From positions 186,001 through 250,000 of the IMG/VR virus record IMGVR_UViG_3300005613_000002: DNA of 64,000 nucleotides. One strand, 5' to 3'. The notes beneath the pieces were generated by a model, which was given only the letters and a program-made list of their open reading frames with translations, was not told the DNA's origin and made no database searches. Positions 61,446 through 64,000 of this stretch are shown here, in pieces. Made by a program: the position numbers and the translations under genes. Each line of letters starts with the position of its first letter. Positions within the stretch are counted from its first letter, which is position 1.

Positions 61446-61833
61446 ATATTTTAACAATAGATTTTTGAAAGCTATCTAAAGTATGAAATTGGATGTTATG
61501 ACCAAACAAATTAGTACTGATAAATTTTAAAGAATTTTTATAAAAAACACCAGATTGTTTATACATTTTAAACTTTTTTTGTGACCCAAGAAACTGTGGT
61601 GTTTCAATAACACAGTTAATAACATCAACATTAGGTATATTTGTAATTTTCTTTTTTGTGGTTTTAGTAAAAATCTTTTTAATTAAAAATTTGAAACCAA
61701 CTTCTTTCTGAGCAGATTCCATTAAGTTTAACACTTGATTAAATGATAACAATTGAGCAGATTCACCCCAATTTTTAACCAAACCTAAGTGTTGTTCATT
61801 TATGATGTCTTTATTTGTTTTCATTTTATTCAA
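61441..61833 (-). CDS. hypothetical protein
   Basis: Stop TAA inside -35 box. Confidence 0.65.
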   Translation of the reverse strand: MNKMKTNKDIINEQHLGLVKNWGESAQLLSFNQVLNLMESAQKEVGFKFLIKKIFTKTTKKKITNIPNVDVINCVIETPQFLGSQKKFKMYKQSGVFYKNSLKFISTNLFGHNIQFHTLDSFQKSIVKIL

Positions 61834-62029
61834 TTTCTGATAAACGATTAGTCATTGTGTCCCATTCTGAAAGATTGTCAGGAGTTTTTATCCTACAAAA
61901 TAGTTTCCCATATATTCCAACTAATACAATTTTAAAACCACCACGATGATTTTTATCTAAGATATAAGATTTACCAACAGTAAGCTTTATACCTTTATTT
62001 GTTATAATTTCAGTTATTGAATTAATCAT
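61826..62029 (-). CDS. hypothetical protein
   Basis: Start moved from 62059. Confidence 0.6.
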   Translation of the reverse strand: MINSITEIITNKGIKLTVGKSYILDKNHRGGFKIVLVGIYGKLFCRIKTPDNLSEWDTMTNRLSEIE

Positions 62030-62348
62030 CGTCAAAGAGTATTGTGTTGTTACCAACAATTTTAATTGCTTTTAATATTTTCTCTTGGTTATCATATAGA
62101 ATTTTCATTCTATATTCATTACTATTAAATTCAGCAAGACTTAATTGTGTTAATTGAATATTGTTAAGTTCTTCTAGTGACTTAATAGTTTTGTTTGCTT
62201 CATTATCTTCCCTTTGTAATTCTTCCAATACTGTTACAGCAGCAAACATAGTCGCAAAACTACCATCTTCATGACGAATTTCAAATGGACTTTCACATTC
62301 AATTATCCAACCATTTCTTTCTAATAATTTAATTTCTTTTTTATCCAT
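62022..62348 (-). CDS. hypothetical protein
   Basis: GW.IECESPFEIRHEDGSFAT..AA motif. Confidence 0.7.
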   Translation of the reverse strand: MDKKEIKLLERNGWIIECESPFEIRHEDGSFATMFAAVTVLEELQREDNEANKTIKSLEELNNIQLTQLSLAEFNSNEYRMKILYDNQEKILKAIKIVGNNTILFDDD

Positions 62349-62349
62349 G

Positions 62350-62571
62350 CTATTTTATTTTTTCATTTAATATCTTAATTTCATTTTCAAAAAAATCATT
62401 ATCAACACCTCGTTTAACATCATTAATGTAAATATAAAGAGATATTGCTACAACCCAAATAACATTCAATTCAGTTAACCAGAATAATATAGAAAACGGA
62501 AAAATTAATGAAGTTATGTGCCAAATTAAATTAAAACCTAAATGTTTTATCTTCTTTTTATTGTTTCTCAT
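62350..62571 (-). CDS. two-TM small membrane protein
   Basis: Hydrophobic helices. Confidence 0.65.
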   Translation of the reverse strand: MRNNKKKIKHLGFNLIWHITSLIFPFSILFWLTELNVIWVVAISLYIYINDVKRGVDNDFFENEIKILNEKIK

Positions 62572-62608
62572 GATTTTATTATTTTAATCAAGATATGATT
62601 TTACATCA

Positions 62609-62995
62609 TTATAATTTATCTAAGTCAAATCTTTTATTTCCTTCATCATCAGTAACTTTGGTACATGCAATAAGACCACAAAGTGTATGGATTGCACGTT
62701 CAATTGGTAATTCAGAATCGTTTGATAATCTTTTTTGGAAGGTAGATGAAAAAACATCTTTAATTTGTTGAAAGTTCCCACTGAAATCTTCTTTAATTTT
62801 CAAATGAACATCAAGAAGTTTATAGAAAATCACTTGTAGATATTGTTGGTAGTTTTCATCAGGATTCACTCCATATACTTCAAAATACCAAGGTTTAATT
62901 GTGTTTTCCCATTTACCTGTTAAAGGATATTTATCAGTTAAATGTCCTTTACAAAGTAAAATCAATTGTTTATCATATTTATCCAGTTTAATCAT
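62609..62995 (-). CDS. hypothetical protein
   Basis: First gene after promoter. Confidence 0.75.
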   Translation of the reverse strand: MIKLDKYDKQLILLCKGHLTDKYPLTGKWENTIKPWYFEVYGVNPDENYQQYLQVIFYKLLDVHLKIKEDFSGNFQQIKDVFSSTFQKRLSNDSELPIERAIHTLCGLIACTKVTDDEGNKRFDLDKL

Positions 62996-63013
62996 AATAT
63001 TGTTTTTTATTGA

Positions 63014-63042
63014 TTATACGTAGATTAATTATTTTTGTTACA
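63014..63042 (-). promoter_or_regulatory. ECF-type phage promoter
   Basis: TGTAAC-N16-CGTATAA. Confidence 0.85.
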
Positions 63043-63046
63043 ATTT

Positions 63047-63265
63047 TTATCCTGTAAAGTCAGAAAATGTTTTATGTATATCATTAAAGAAATGAAAGTA
63101 ATTTAAATTCTCTTTTTCTGTCCATAATTTTTGTGCTTGTTCAATTGTTTCTGTATGGTCAACTATTTTCAATCCTTTTGTATTATCATCAGGACAATAA
63201 TCAGTGAAAAATCTAGTACCCCTATCAATATGTTCGAAAACTGTGTATTTGAATTTCTTTTCCAT
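63047..63265 (-). CDS. hypothetical protein
   Basis: Co-oriented ORF. Confidence 0.65.
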   Translation of the reverse strand: MEKKFKYTVFEHIDRGTRFFTDYCPDDNTKGLKIVDHTETIEQAQKLWTEKENLNYFHFFNDIHKTFSDFTG

Positions 63266-63266
63266 A

Positions 63267-63887
63267 TTATAATTTTATTGGTTCAACTATATCAAAATCT
63301 TCATATTCACAATTAATTTTATTCTTTAGTAATTTATAGGCTAATTTCCCATTATTTTCATTAATTGATTTAAGAACTAAATCATAATAATTGTTATTTT
63401 CTTTATATTCTTTTAAAGTATTAATATAATTATCCAATTCAATTCTTGCAGCTTTTTGAATTCCTGCTGGCATTTCTTTAATATCAGACTCTATGAAACC
63501 TAATTCATTAAGTTTAATATTTCGTTTTTGTATATAACCATTATCTATTCGTTGTTTTAATACATGAATAGATACTTTATATAAATCATTTAACGTAGGA
63601 ATTGAATAAATCATGTCGCCATGTTTTTCCCTAAAAATTATAATTTTATTTGTAATGACTTCATCATCAGCAATTCTTAATAAAAATTCTTCAAAGAAAT
63701 GATATGGTGAAGTTTCAAGAAGTTTTTTACCTTCCTCACATATTTCTTTAGATTTGTTTTCAATTATATTTACCTTCAAAACCCTATCAAACAAAAAATA
63801 ACCATAATCAGTTTTCTTTAAATATAATCTATCAAGAATCATTGGGTTAATTGACCCAATTCTAATTTTTTCTGTATAGTCTTCCAT
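63267..63887 (-). CDS. hypothetical protein
   Basis: Co-oriented ORF. Confidence 0.75.
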   Translation of the reverse strand: MEDYTEKIRIGSINPMILDRLYLKKTDYGYFLFDRVLKVNIIENKSKEICEEGKKLLETSPYHFFEEFLLRIADDEVITNKIIIFREKHGDMIYSIPTLNDLYKVSIHVLKQRIDNGYIQKRNIKLNELGFIESDIKEMPAGIQKAARIELDNYINTLKEYKENNNYYDLVLKSINENNGKLAYKLLKNKINCEYEDFDIVEPIKL

Positions 63888-64000
63888 GATTAACTTTTGA
63901 TTAATTTTAATGAATAGTTTCTTAAATGTGATAATTTTTTATCTTTTGTTCGACTAATAACACCCTTATTTTTCTTATAGCGAAAACCATAATAAACTAT

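Noticed and set aside
642-63042. Motif as a sigma70 TTGACA/TATAAT promoter
   Set aside because: TTGTAA to TATAAT would need a 19-nt spacer and TATAAT is often broken (CGTATAT, CGTATAAG), while GTAAC-N16-CGTATA is invariant.
24570-63316. Plus-strand ORFs in the - block (e.g. 24570, 28750, 33068, 35583, 36012, 38944, 39415, 42383, 47557, 48630, 52943, 59633, 63131)
   Set aside because: Antisense shadows; 38944-39183 and 39415-39609 overlap the tRNA-like and ncRNA locus and its promoter.

Overview
Very AT-rich (about a quarter G+C by eye) 64-kb segment of a large dsDNA phage genome. It is an accessory/host-takeover region with no structural, packaging or core replication genes. Starts lack Shine-Dalgarno sequences and are A-rich with A at -3, which suggests a Bacteroidota host (inference). 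Standard genetic code. Two dense blocks of small genes converge: + strand from 1 to 23.5 kb and - strand from 24.0 to 64 kb. The window opens inside an ECF-type sigma factor gene (region 4). I count 44 copies of an ECF-style promoter, (T)GTAAC-N16-CGTATA, with invariant spacing; 43 follow the gene direction and one points antisense into a macrodomain gene. The promoter often doubles as the upstream stop codon or as part of an intrinsic terminator, and it drives a leaderless gene class. Recognisable genes: rIIA, rIIB, macrodomain, peptide deformylase-SEC-C fusion, radical SAM, SprT, DUF932, DUF2958, GP88-like, SLOG/DUF2493, ABC-type ATPase, CAP lipoprotein. Most unusual: two promoter-driven non-coding loci (14.7-15.1 kb +, 39.0-39.5 kb -) holding three tRNA-shaped RNAs whose anticodon arm is interrupted or missing, plus other structured RNAs. 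A strand-polar 8-mer (CAWTGTAC) is confined to the left block. All family calls are from motif recognition, not database searches; counts are by eye.
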